A stretch of 64,000 nt of DNA from Eledone cirrhosa. Lineage: Eukaryota. Location of the stretch: positions 2,232,001 through 2,296,000 of the forward strand of contig OZ024751.1 in assembly GCA_964016885.1 (NCBI GenBank), written 5' to 3'. The notes below the pieces were generated by a model. That model did no database searches, was not told the DNA's origin, and worked only from the letters and a program-made list of their open reading frames with translations. Position numbers and translations under genes: made by a program. This document shows, in pieces, positions 1 through 14,100 of the stretch; within the stretch, counting starts at the first letter, position 1, and each line of letters begins with the position of its first letter.

Positions 1-794
1 TCATGTTGAACCTTCTCTGTTGAACTGTCATGTTGAACCTTCTCTGTTGAACTGTCATATTGAACCTTTCCTGTTGAATTGTCATTGTGAACCTTCTCTG
101 TTGAACTGTCATATTGAACCTTCCCTGTTGAACTGTCATGTTGAACCTTCTCTGTTTAACTGTCATATTGAACTTTCTCTGTTGAACTGTCATGCTGAAC
201 ATTCCCTGCTGAACTGTCATATTGAACCTTCTCTGTTGAACTGTCATGCTGAACCTTCCGTTGAACTGTCATATTGAACCTTCTCTGTTGAACTGTCATG
301 TTGGACCTTCTCTGTTTAACTGACATATTGAATCTACTCTGTTGAACTGTCATGCTGAACCTTCCTTGTTGAACTGTCATGCTGAACCTTCACTCTTTAA
401 CTGTCATATTGAACTTTCTCTGTTGAACTGTCATGCTGAATCTTCCCTGTTTAACTGTCATGTTGGACCTTCTCTGTTGAACTGTCATATTGAGCCTTCT
501 CTGTTGAACTGTCATGTTGAACCTTCTCTGTTGAACTGTCATATTGAACCTCCCCTTTTTGAATTGTCATGTTGAACTTTCTCTGTTGAAATGTCATGTT
601 GAACCTTCTCTGTTGAAATGTCATGTTGAACCTTCTCTGTTGAACTGTCATATTACACCTTCTCTGTTGAACTGTCATGTTGAACCTTCTCTGTTGAACT
701 GTCATATTGAACCTTCCCAGTTGAACTGTCATATTGAACCTTCCCTGTTCAACTGTCATATTGAACAATCTCTGTATAACTGTCATGTTGAACC

Positions 795-3700
795 TTCTCT
801 GTTGAAATATCATGTTGAACCTTCTCTGTTGAACTGTCATATTGAACCTTCTCTGTTGAACTGTCATGTTGAACCTTCTCTGTTGAACCGTCATATTGAA
901 CCTTCACTGTTGAATTGTCATGTTGAACCTTCTCTGTTGAACTGTCATATTGAATCTTCCCTGTTCAACTGTCATATTGAACCATCTCGGTATAACTGTC
1001 ATATTGAACCTTCTCTGTATAACTGTCATATTGAACCTTCTCTGTTTAACTGTCATATTGAACCTTCTCTGTTGAACTGTGATGTTGGACCTTCTCTGTT
1101 GAACTGTCATGCTGAATCTTCACTGTTGAACTGTCATGTTGAAATTTCTCTGTTGAACTGTCATACTGAAGCTTCTCTGTTGAACTGTCATATTGAACAT
1201 TTTCTGTTGAACTGTCATGTTGAACCTTCTCTGTTGAACTGTCATATTGAACCTTTCCTGTTGAACTGTCATGCTGAACCTTCCCTGTTGAACTGTGATG
1301 CTGAACCTTCCCTCTTTAACTGTCCTGCTGAACCTTCCCTGTTAAACTGTCATGTTGAACTTTCTCTGTTGAACTGTCATGCTGAATCTTACCTGTTTAA
1401 CTGTCATGTTGGACCTTCTCTGTTGAACTGTCATATTGAACTTTCTCTGTTGCACTGTCATGCTGAACCTTCTCTGCTGAACTGTCATGTTGAACCTTCT
1501 CTGTTGAACTGTCATGTTGAACCTTCTCTGTTGAACTGTCATATTGAACCTTTCCTGTTGAATTGTCATTGTGAACCTTCTCTGTTGAACTGTCATATTG
1601 AACTTTCTCTGTTGAACTGTCATGCTGAACCTTCCTTGTTGAACTGTCATGTTGAACCTTCTCTGTTGAACTGTCATATTGAACCATCTCTGTAGAACTG
1701 TCATATTGAACCTTCTCTGTTCAACTGTCATATTGAACTTTCTCTGTTGAACTGTCATGCTGAACCTTCCTTGTTGAACTGTCATGTTGAACCTTCTCTG
1801 TTGAATTGTCATATTGAACTTTCTCTGTTGAACTGTCATGCTGAACCTTCCCTGTAGAACTGTCATGCTGTACCTTCCCTGTTGAACTGTCATGCTGAAC
1901 CTACTCTGTTGAACTGTCATGCTGAACCTTCCCTGTTTAACTGTCATATTGGACCTTCCCTGTTGAACTGTCATATTGAACATTCTCTGTTGAACTGTCA
2001 TGCTGAACCTTCCCTGTTTAACTGTAATGCTGAACCTTCTCTGTTGAACAGTCAGATTGAAGTTTCTCTGTTGAACTGTCATGCTGAACCTTCCCTGTAG
2101 AACTGTCATGCTTAACCTTCCCTGTTTAACTGTCATATTGAACTTTCTCTGTTGAACTGTCATGCTGAACCTTCCCTGTTGAACTGTCATGTTGAACTTT
2201 CTCTATTGAACTGTCATACTGAAGCTTCTCTGTTGAACTGTCATATTGAATCTTCCCTGTTGAACTGTCATGTTGGACCTTCCCTGTTTAACTGTCATAT
2301 TGAACCTTCCCTGTTGAACTGTCATATTGAACTTTCTCTGTTGAACTGTCATGCTGAACCTTCCCTGTTCAACTGTAATGCTGAACCTTCTCTGTTGAAC
2401 TGTCATATTGAACTTTCTCTGTTGAACTGTCATGCTGAACCTTCCCAGTTGAACTGTCATGCTTAACCTTCCCTGTTTAACTGTCATATTGAAATTTCTC
2501 TGTTGAACTGTCATGCTGAACATTCCCTGCTGAACTGTCATATTGAACCTTCTCTGTTGAACTGTCATGTTGGACCTTCTCTGTTTTACTGTCATATTGA
2601 ACCTTCTCTGTTTAACTGTCATATTGAACCTTCTCTGTTTAACTGACATATTCAACCTACTCTGTTGAACTGTCATGCTGAACCTTCCCTGTAGAACTGT
2701 CATGCTGAACCTTCATTCTTTAACTGTCATATTGAACTTTCTCTGTTGAACTGTCATGCTGAATCTTCCCTGTTTAACTGTCATGTTGGACCTTCTCTGT
2801 TGAACTGTCATATTGAACTTTCTCTGTTGAACTGTCATGCTGAACCTTCCTTGTTGAACTGTCATGTTGAACCTTCTCTGTTGAACTGTCATATTGAACC
2901 ATCTCTGTAGAACTGTCATATTGAACCTTCTCTGTTCAACTGTCATATTGAACTTTCTCTGTTGAACTGTCATGCTGAACCTTCCTTGTTGAACTGTCAT
3001 GTTGAACCTTCTCTGTTGAACTGTCATATTGAACCTTCCCTGTTGAACTGTCATGTTGGACCTTCCCTGTTTAAATGTCATATTGAACCTTCTCCGTTGA
3101 ACTGGCATATTGAACTTTCTCTGTTGAACTGTCATGCTAAACCTTCCCTGTAGAACTGTCATGCTGTACCTTCCCTGTTGAACTGTCATGCTGAACCTAC
3201 TCTGTTGAACTGTCATGCTGAACCTTCCCTGTTGAACTGTCATGTTGGATCTTCTCTGTTGAACTGTCATATTGAACCTTCCATGTTGAACTGTCATGTT
3301 GGACCTTCCCTGTTTAACTGTCATATTGGACCTTCCCTGTTGAACTGTCATATTGAACATTATCTGTTGAACTGTCATGCTGAACCTTCCCTGTTTAACT
3401 GTAATGCTGAACCTTCTCTGTTGAACAGTCAGATTGAAATTTCTCTGTTGAACTGTCATGCTGAACCTTCCCTGTAGAACTGTCATGCTTAACCTTCCCT
3501 GTTTAACTGTCATATTGAACTTTCTCTGTTGAACTGTCATGCTGAACCTTCCCTGTTGAACTGTCATGTTGAACTTTCTCTATTGAACTGTCATACTGAA
3601 GCTTCTCTGTTGAACTGTCATATTGAACCTTCCCTGTTGAACTGTCATGTTGGACCTTCCCTGTTTAACTGTCATATTGAACCTTCCCTGTTGAACTGTC

Positions 3701-6700
3701 ATATTGAACTTTCTCTGTTGAACTGTCATGCTGAACCTTCCCTGTCCAACTGTAATGCTGAACCTTCTCTGTTGAACTGTCATATTGAACTTTCTCTGTT
3801 GAACTGTCATGCTGAACCTTCCCTGTTTAACTGTAATGCTGAACCTTCTCTGTTGAACTGTCATATTGAACTTTCTCTGTTGAACTGTCATGCTGAACCT
3901 TCCCAGTTGAACTGTCATGCTTAACCTTCCCTGTTTAACTGTCATATTGAACTTTCTCTGTTGAACTGTCATGCTGAACATTCCCTGCTGAACTGTCATG
4001 TTGAACCTTCTCTGTTGAACTGTCATGTTGGACCTTCTCTGTTTTACTGTCATATTGAACCTTCTCTGTTTAACTGTCATATTGAACCTTCTCTGTTTAA
4101 CAGACATATTCAACCTACTCTGTTGAACTGTCATGCTGAACCTTCCCTGTTGAACTGTCATGCTGAACCTTCACTCTTTAACTGTCATATTGAACTTTCT
4201 CTGTTGAAGTGTCATGCTGAATCTTCCCTGTTTAACTGTCATGTTGGACCTTCTCTGTTGAACTGTCATATTGAACCTTCTCTGTTGAACTGTCATGTTG
4301 AACCTTCTCTGTTGAACTGTCATATTGAGCCTTCCCAGTTGAATTGTCACGTTGAACCTTCTCTGTTGAACTGTCATATTGAACCTTCCCTGTTCAACTG
4401 TCATATTGAACCATCTCTGTATAACTGTCATGTTGAACCTTCTCTGTTGAAATGTCATGTTGAACCTTCTTTGTTGAACTGTCATATTGAACCTTCTCTG
4501 TTGAACTGTCATGTTGAACCTTCTCTGTTGAACTGTCATATTGAACCTTCACTGTTGAATTGTCATGTTGAACCTTCTCTGTTGAACTGTCATATTGAAC
4601 CTTCCCTGTTCAACTGTCATATTGAACCATCTCGGTATAACTGTCATATTGAACCTTCTCTTTATAACTGTCATATTGAACCTTCTCTGTTTAACTGTCA
4701 TATTGAACCTTCTCTGTTGAACTGTGATGTTGGACCTTCTCTGCTGAACTGTCATGCTGAATCATCCCTGTTGAACTGTCATGTTGAACTTTCTCTGTTG
4801 AACTGTCATACTGAAGCTTCTCTGTTGAACTGTCATATTGAACATTTTCTGTTGAACTGTCATGCTGAACCTTGCCTGTTAAACTGTCATATTGAACTTT
4901 CTCTGTTGAACTGTCATGCTGAATCTTCCCTGTTTAACTGTCATGTTGGATCTTCTCTGTTGAACTGTCATATTGAATTTTCTCTGTTGCACTGTCATGA
5001 TAACCTTCTCTGCTGAACTGTCATGTTGAACCTTCTCTGTTGAACTGTCATGTTGAACCTTCTCTGTTGAACTGTCATATTGAGCCTTTCCTGTTGAATT
5101 GTCATTGTGAACCTTCTCTGTTGAACTGTCATATTGAACCTTCCCTTTTGAACTGTCATGTTGAACCTTCTCTGTTTAACTGTCATATTGAACTTTCTCT
5201 GTTGAATTGTCATATTGAACCTTCCCTGTTGAACTGTCATGTTGGACCTTCCCTGTTTAAATGTCATATTGAACCTTCTCCGTTGAACTGGCATATTGAA
5301 CTTTCTCTGTTGAACTGTCATGCTGAACCTTCCCTGTAGAACTGTCATGCTGTACCTTCCCTGTTGAACTGTCATGCTGAACCTACTCTGTTGAACTGTC
5401 ATGCTGAACCTTCCCTGTTGAACTGTCATATTGGACCTTCCCTGTTGAACTGTCATATTGAACATTCTCTGTTGAACTGTCATGCTGAACCTTCCCTGTT
5501 TAACTGTAATGCTGAACCTTCTCTGTTGAACAGTCAGATTGAAGTTTCTCTGTTGAACTGTCATGCTGAACCTTCCCTGTAGAACTGTCATGCTTAACCT
5601 TCCCTGTTTAACTGTCATATTGAACTTTCTCTGTTGAACTGTCATGCTGAACCTTCCCTGTTGAACTGTCATGTTGAACTTTCTCTATTGAACTGTCATA
5701 CTGAAGCTTCTCTATTGAACTGTCATATTGAACCTTCCCTGTTGAACTGTCATGTTGGACCTTCCCTGTGTAACTGTCATATTGAACCTTCCCTGTTGAA
5801 CTGTCATATTGAACTTTCTCTGTTGAACTGTCATGCTGAACCTTCCCTGTTCAACTGTAATGCTGAACCTTCTCTGTTGAACTGTCATATTGAACTTTCT
5901 CTGTTGAACTGTCATGCTGAACCTTCCCTGTTTAACTGTAATGCTGAACCTTCTCTGTTGAACTGTCATATTGAACTTTCTCTGTTGAACTGTCATGCTG
6001 AACCTTCCCAGTTGAACTGTCATGCTTAACCTTCCCTGTTTAACTGTCATATTGAAATTTCTCTGTTGAACTGTCATGCTGAACATTCCCTGCTGAACTG
6101 TCATATTGAACCTTCTCTGTTGAACTGTCATGTTGGACCTTCTCTATTTTACTGTCATATTGAACCTTCTCTGTTTAACTGTCATATTGAACCTTCTCTG
6201 TTTAACTGACATATTCAACCTACTCTGTTGAACTGTCATGCTGAACCTTCCCTGTAGAACTGTCATGCTGAACCTTCACTCTTTAACTGTCATATTGAAC
6301 TTTCTCTGTTGAACTGTCATGCTGAATCTTCCCTGTTTAACTGTCATGTTGGACCTTCTCTGTTGAACTGTCATATTGAACTTTCTCTGTTGAACTGTCA
6401 TGCTGAACCTTCCTTGTTGAACTGTCATGTTGAACCTTCTCTGTTGAACTGTCATATTGAACCATCTCTGTAGAACTGTCATATTGAACTTTCTCTGTTG
6501 AACTGTCATGCTGAATCTTCCCTGTTTAACTGTCATGTTGGACCTTCTCTGTTGAAATATCATGTTGAACCTTCTCTGTTGAACTGTCATATTGAACCTT
6601 CTCTGTTGAACTGTCATGTTGAACCTTCTCTGTTGAACTGTCATATTGAACCTTCACTGTTGAATTGTCATGTTGAACCTTCTCTGTTGAACTGTCATAT

Positions 6701-9700
6701 TGAACCTTCCCTGTTCAACTGTCATATTGAACCATCTCGGTATAACTGTCATATTGAACCTTCTCTGTATAACTGTCATATTGAACCTTCTCTGTTTAAC
6801 TGTCATATTGAACCTTCTCTGTTGAACTGTGATGTTGGACCTTCTCTGTTGAACTGTCATGCTGAATCTTCACTGTTGAACTGTCATGTTGAAATTTCTC
6901 TGTTGAACTGTCATACTGAAGCTTCTCTGTTGAACTGTCATATTGAACATTTTCTGTTGAACTGTCATGTTGAACCTTCTCTGTTGAACTGTCATATTGA
7001 ACCTTTCCTGTTGAACTGTCATGCTGAACCTTCCCTGTTGAACTGTGATGCTGAACCTTCCCTCTTTAACTGTCCTGCTGAACCTTCCCTGTTAAACTGT
7101 CATGTTGAACTTCCTCTGTTGAACTGTCATGCTGAATCTTACCTGTTTAACTGTCATGTTGGACCTTCTCTGTTGAACTGTCATATTGAACTTTCTCTGT
7201 TGCACTGTCATGCTGAACCTTCTCTGCTGAACTGTCATGTTGAACCTTCTCTGTTGAACTGTCATGTTGAACCTTCTCTGTTGAACTGTCATATTGAACC
7301 TTTCCTGTTGAATTGTCATTGTGAACCTTCTCTGTTGAACTGTCATATTGAACTTTCTCTGTTGAACTGTCATGCTGAACCTTCCTTGTTGAACTGTCAT
7401 GTTGAACCTTCTCTGTTGAACTGTCATATTGAACCATCTCTGTAGAACTGTCATATTGAACCTTCTCTGTTCAACCGTCATATTGAACTTTCTCTTTTGA
7501 ACTGTCATGCTGAACCTTCCTTGTTGAACTGTCATGTTGAACCTTCTCTGTTGAATTGTCATATTGAACCTTCCCTGTTGAACTGTCATGTTGGACCTTC
7601 CCTGTTTAAATGTCATATTGAACCTTCTCCGTTGAACTGGCATATTGAACTTTCTCTGTTGAACTGTCATGCTGAACCTTCCCTGTAGAACTGTCATGCT
7701 GTACCTTCCCTGTTGAACTGTCATGCTGAACCTACTCTGTTGAACTGTCATGCTGAACCTTCCCTGTTGAACTGTCATGTTGGATCTTCTCTGTTGAACT
7801 GTCATATTGAACCTTCCATGTTGAACTGTCATGTTGGACCTTCCCTGTTTAACTGTCATATTGGACCTTCCCTGTTGAACTGTCATATTGAACATTCTCT
7901 GTTGAACTGTCATGCTGAACCTTCCCTGTTTAACTGTAATGCTGAACCTTCTCTGTTGAACAGTCAGATTGAAGTTTCTCTGTTGAACTGTCATGCTGAA
8001 CCTTCCCTGTAGAACTGTCATGCTTAACCTTCCCTGTTTAACTGTCATATTGAACTTTCTCTGTTGAACTGTCATGCTGAACCTTCCCTGTTGAACTGTC
8101 ATGTTGAACTTTCTCTATTGAACTGTCATACTGAAGCTTCTCTGTTGAACTGTCATATTGAACCTTCCCTGTTGAACTGTCATGTTGGACCTTCCCTGTT
8201 TAACTGTCATATTGAACCTTCCCTGTTGAACTGTCATATTGAACTTTCTCTGTTGAACTGTCATGCTGAACCTTCCCTGTTCAACTGTAATGCTGAACCT
8301 TCTCTGTTGAACTGTCATATTGAACTTTCTCTGTTGAAGTGTCATGCTGAACCTTCCCTGTTTAACTGTAATGCTGAACCTTCTCTGTTGAACTGTCATA
8401 TTGAACTTTCTCTGTTGAACTGTCATGCTGAACCTTCCCAGTTGAACTGTCATGCTTAACCTTCCCTGTTTAACTGTCATATTGAAATTTCTCTGTTGAA
8501 CTGTCATGCTGAACATTCCCTGCTGAACTGTCATATTGAACCTTCTCTGTTGAACTGTCATGTTGGACCTTCTCTATTTTACTGTCATATTGAACCTTCT
8601 CTGTTTAACTGTCATATTGAACCTTCTCTGTTTAACTGACATATTCAACCTACTCTGTTGAACTGTCATGCTGAACCTTCCCTGTAGAACTGTCATGCTG
8701 AACCTTCACTCTTTAACTGTCATATTGAACTTTCTCTGTTGAACTGTCATGCTGAATCTTCCCTGTTTAACTGTCATGTTGGACCTTCTCTGTTGAACTG
8801 TCATATTGAACTTTCTCTGTTGAACTGTCATGCTGAACCTTCCTTGTTGAACTGTCATGTTGAACCTTCTCTGTTGAACTGTCATATTGAACCATCTCTG
8901 TAGAACTGTCATATTGAACCTTCTCTGTTCAACTGTCATATTGAACTTTCTCTGTTGAACTGTCATGCTGAACCTTCCTTGTTGAACTGTCATGTTGAAC
9001 CTTCTCTGTTGAACTGTCATATTGAACCTTCCCTGTTGAACTGTCATGTTGGACCTTCCCTGTTTAAATGTCATATTGAACCTTCTCCGTTGAACTGGCA
9101 TATTGAACTTTCTCTGTTGAACTGTCATGCTGAACCTTCCCTGTAGAACTGTCATGCTGTACCTTCCCTGTTGAACTGTCATGCTGAACCTACTCTGTTG
9201 AACTGTCATGCTGAACCTTCCCTGTTGAACTGTCATGTTGGATCTTCTCTGTTGAACTGTCATATTGAACCTTCCATGTTGAACTGTCATGTTGGACCTT
9301 CCCTGTTTAACTGTCATATTGGACCTTCCCTGTTGAACTGTCATATTGAACATTATCTGTTGAACTGTCATGCTGAACCTTCCCTGTTTAACTGTAATGC
9401 TGAACCTTCTCTGTTGAACAGTCAGATTGAAATTTCTCTGTTGAACTGTCATGCTGAACCTTCCCTGTAGAACTGTCATGCTTAACCTTCCCTGTTTAAC
9501 TGTCATATTGAACTTTCTCTGTTGAACTGTCATGCTGAACCTTCCCTGTTGAACTGTCATGTTGAACTTTCTCTATTGAACTGTCATACTGAAGCTTCTC
9601 TGTTGAACTGTCATATTGAACCTTCCCTGTTGAACTGTCATGTTGGACCTTCTCTGTTGAACTGTCATATTGAACTTTCTCTGTTGAACTGTCATGCTGA

Positions 9701-11100
9701 ACCTTCCCAGTTGAACTGTCATGCTTAACCTTCCCTGTTTAACTGTCATATTGAACTTTCTCTGTTGAACTGTCATGCTGAACATTCCCTGCTGAACTGT
9801 CATATTGAACCTTCTCTGTTGAACTGTCATGTTGGACCTTCTCTGTTTTACTGTCATATTGAACCTACTCTGTTTAACTGTCATATTGAACCTTCTCTGT
9901 TTAACAGACATATTCAACCTACTCTGTTGAACTGTCATGCTGAACCTTCCCTGTTGAACTGTCATGCTGAACCTTCACTCTTTAACTGTCATATTGAACT
10001 TTCTCTGTTGAAGTGTCATGCTGAATCTTCCCTGTTTAACTGTCATGTTGGACCTTCTCTGTTGAACTGTCATATTGAACCTTCTCTGTTGAACTGTCAT
10101 GTTGAACCTTCTCTGTTGAACTGTCATATTGAGCCTTCCCTGTTGAATTGTCACGTTGAACCTTCTCTGTTGAACTGTCATATTGAACCTTCCCTGTTCA
10201 ACTGTCATATTGAACCATCTCTGTATAACTGTCATGTTGAACCTTCTCTGTTGAAATGTCATGTTGAACCTTCTTTGTTGAACTGTCATATTGAACCTTC
10301 TCTGTTGAACTGTCATGTTGAACCTTCTCTGTTGAACTGTCATATTGAACCTTCACTGTTGAATTGTCATGTTGAACCTTCTCTGTTGAACTGTCATATT
10401 GAACCTTCCCTGTTCAACTGTCATATTGAACCATCTCGGTATAACTGTCATATTGAACCTTCTCTTTATAACTGTCATATTGAACCTTCTCTGTTTAACT
10501 GTCATATTGAACCTTCTCTGTTGAACTGTGATGTTGGACCTTCTCTGCTGAACTGTCATGCTGAATCATCCCTGTTGAACTGTCATGTTGAACTTTCTCT
10601 GTTGAACTGTCATACTGAAGCTTCTCTGTTGAACTGTCATATTGAACATTTTCTGTTGAACTGTCATGCTGAACCTTCCCTGTTGAACTGTGATGCTGAA
10701 CCTTCCCTCTTTAACTGTCATGCTGAACCTTCCCTGTTAAACTGTCATATTGAACTTTGTCTGTTGAACTGTCATGCTGAATCTTCCCTGTTTAACTGTC
10801 ACGTTGGATCTTCTCTGTTGAACTGTCATATTGAACTTTCTCTGTTGCACTGTCATGATAACCTTCTCTGCTGAACTGTCATGTTGAACCTTCTCTGTTG
10901 AACTGTCATGTTGAACCTTCTCTGTTGAACTGTCATATTGAGCCTTTCCTGTTGAATTGTCATTGTGAACCTTCTCTGTTGAACTGTCATATTGAACCTT
11001 CCCTTTTGAACTGTCATGTTGAACCTTCTCTGTTTAACTGTCATATTGAACTTTCTCTGTTGAACTGTCATGTTGAACCTTCTCTGTTGAACTGTCATAT
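795..11100 (+). repeat. Imperfect higher-order duplication with a ~5.75-6.0 kb period, containing internal ~1.4-kb repeats
   Basis: Identical or near-identical ORF translations recur at 904/6654 and 1397/7147 (offset 5,750), 2713/8706 (5,993) and 4171/9975 (5,804). Internal offsets: 2152/3529 (1,377 = 51x27) and 8064/9522 (1,458 = 54x27). Boundaries are approximate. Confidence 0.8.
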
Positions 11101-14100
11101 TGAACCATCTCTGTAGAACTGTCATATTGAACCTTCTCTGCTTAACTGTCATATTGAACTTTCTCTGTTGAACTGTCATGCTGAACCTTCCCTGTAGAAC
11201 TGTCATGCTGTACCTTCCCTGTTGAACTGTCATGCTGAACCTACTCTGTTGAACTGTCATGCTGAACCTTCCCTGTTGAACTGTCATGTTGGATCTTCTC
11301 TGTTGAACTGTCATATTGTACCTTCTCTGTTGAACTGTCATGTTGGACCTTCCCTGTTTAACTGTCATATTGAACCTTCCCTGTTGAACTGTCATATTGA
11401 ACTTTCTCTGTTGAACTGTCATGCTGAACCTTCCCTGTTCAACTGTAATGCTGAACCTTCTCTGTTGAACTGTCATATTGAACTTTCTCTGTTGAACTGT
11501 CATGCTGAACCTTCCCTGTTTAACTGTAATGCTGAACCTTCTCTGTTGAACTGTCATATTGAACTTTCTCTGTTGAACTGTCATGCTGAACCTTCCCAGT
11601 TGAACTGTCATGCTTAACCTTCCCTGTTTAACTGTCATATTGAACTTTCTCTGTTGAACTGTCATGCTGAACATTCCCTGCTGAACTGTCATATTGAACC
11701 TTCTCTGTTGAACTGTCATGTTGGACCTTCTCTGTTTTACTGTCATATTGAACCTTCTCTGTTTAACTGTCATATTGAACCTTCTCTGTTTAACTGACAT
11801 ATTCAACCTACTCTGTTGAACTGTCATACTGAACCTTCCCTGTTGAACTGTCATGCTGAACCTTCACTCTTTAACTGTCATATTGAACTTTCTCTGTTGA
11901 AGTGTCATGCTGAATCTTCCCTGTTTAACTGTCATGTTGGACCTTCTCTGTTGAACTGTCATATTGAACCTTCTCTGTTGAACTGTCATGTTGAACCTTC
12001 TCTGTTGAACTGTCATATTGAGCCTTCTCTGTTGAACTATCATGTTGAACCTTCTCTGTTGAACTGTAATATTGAACCTCCCCTTTTTGAATTTCCATGT
12101 TGAACCTTCTCTGTTGAACTGTCATATTGAACCTTCCCTGTTCAACTGTCATGTTGAACCTTCTCTGTTTAACTGTCATATTGAACTTTCTCTGTTGAAC
12201 TGTCATGCTGAACCTTCCTTGTTGAACTGTCATGTTGAACCTTCTCTGTTGAACTGTCATGTTGGACCTTCTCTGTTGAACTGTCATATTGAACTTTCAC
12301 TGTTGAACTGTCATGTTGAACCTTCTCTGTTGAACTGTCATATTGAACCTTCCCAGTTGAATTGTCATGTTGAACCTTCTTTGTTGAACTGTCATATTGA
12401 ACCTTCCCTGTTCAACTGTCATATTGAACCATCTCTGTATAACTGTCATGTTGAACCTTCTCTGTTGAAATGTCATGTTGAACCTTCTCTGTTGAACTGT
12501 CATATTGAACCTTCTCTGTTGAACTGTCATGTTGAACCTTCTCTGTTGAACTGTCATATTGAACCTTCACTGTTGAATTGTCATGTTGAACCTTCTCTGT
12601 TGAACTGTCATATTGAACCTTCCCTGTTCAACTGTCATATTGAACCATCTCGGTGTAACTGTCATATTGAACCTTCTCTTAATAACTGTCATATTGAACC
12701 TTCTCTGTTTAACTGTCATATTGAACCTTCACTGTTGATCTGTGATGTTGGACCTTCTCTGCTGAACTGTCATGCTGAATCTTCCCTGTTGAACTGTCAT
12801 GTTGAACTTTCTCTGTTGAACTGTCATACTGAAGCTTCTCTGTTGAACTGTCATATTGAACATATTCTGTTGAACTGTCATGCTGAACCTTCCCTGTTGA
12901 ACTGTGATGCTGAACCTTCCCTCTTTAACTGTCATGCTGAACCTTCCCTGTTAAACTGTCATATTGAACTTTCTCTGTTGAACTGTCATGCTGAATCTTC
13001 CCTGTTTAACTGTCATGTTGGATCTTCTCTGCTGAACTGTCATGTTGAACCTTCTCTGTTGAACTGTCATGGTGAACCTTCTCTGTTGAACTGTCATATT
13101 GAACCTTTCCTGTTGAATTGTCATTGTGAACCTTCTCTGTTGAACTGTCATATTGAACCTTCCCTGTTGAACTGTCATGTTGAACCTTCTCTGTTTAACT
13201 GTCATATTGAACTTTCTCTGTAGAACTGTCATGTTGAACCTTCTCTGTTGAACTGTCATATTGAACCATCTCTGTAGAACTGTCATATTGAACCTTCTCT
13301 GCTTAACTGTCATATTGAACTTTCTCTGTTGAACTGTCATGCTGAACCTTCCTTGTTGAACTGTCATGTTGAACCTTCTCTGTTGAACTGTCATATTGAA
13401 CCTTCCCTGTTGAACTGTCATGTTGAACCTTCCCTGTTGAACTGTCATATTGAACCTTCTCTTTATAACTGTCATATTGAACCTTCTCTGTTTAACTGTC
13501 ATATTGAACCTTCTCTGTTGAACTGTGATGTTGGACCTTCTCTGCTGAACTGTCATGCTGAATCATCCCTGTTGAACTGTCATGTTGAACTTTCTCTGTT
13601 GAACTGTCATACTGAAGCTTCTCTGTTGAACTGTCATATTGAACATTTTCTGTTGAACTGTCATGCTGAACCTTCCCTGTTGAACTGTGATGCTGAACCT
13701 TCCCTCTTTAACTGTCATGCTGAACCTTCCCTGTTAAACTGTCATATTGAACTTTGTCTGTTGAACTGTCATGCTGAATCTTCCCTGTTTAACTGTCATG
13801 TTGGATCTTCTCTGTTGAACTGTCATATTGAACTTTCTCTGTTGCACTGTCATGATAACCTTCTCTGCTGAACTGTCATGTTGAACCTTCTCTGTTGAAC
13901 TGTCATGTTGAACCTTCTCTGTTGAACTGTCATATTGAGCCTTTCCTGTTGAATTGTCATTGTGAACCTTCTCTGTTGAACTGTCATATTGAACCTTCCC
14001 TTTTGAACTGTCATGTTGAACCTTCTCTGTTTAACTGTCATATTGAACTTTCTCTGTTGAACTGTCATGTTGAACCTTCTCTGTTGAACTGTCATATTGA

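Noticed and set aside
734-752. Hairpin TTGAAC-cttccct-GTTCAA in TTCAAC variant monomers as a terminator or cruciform
   Set aside because: It is a 6-bp AT-rich stem created by one G>C substitution in a minority of monomers, with no gene context or U-tract.
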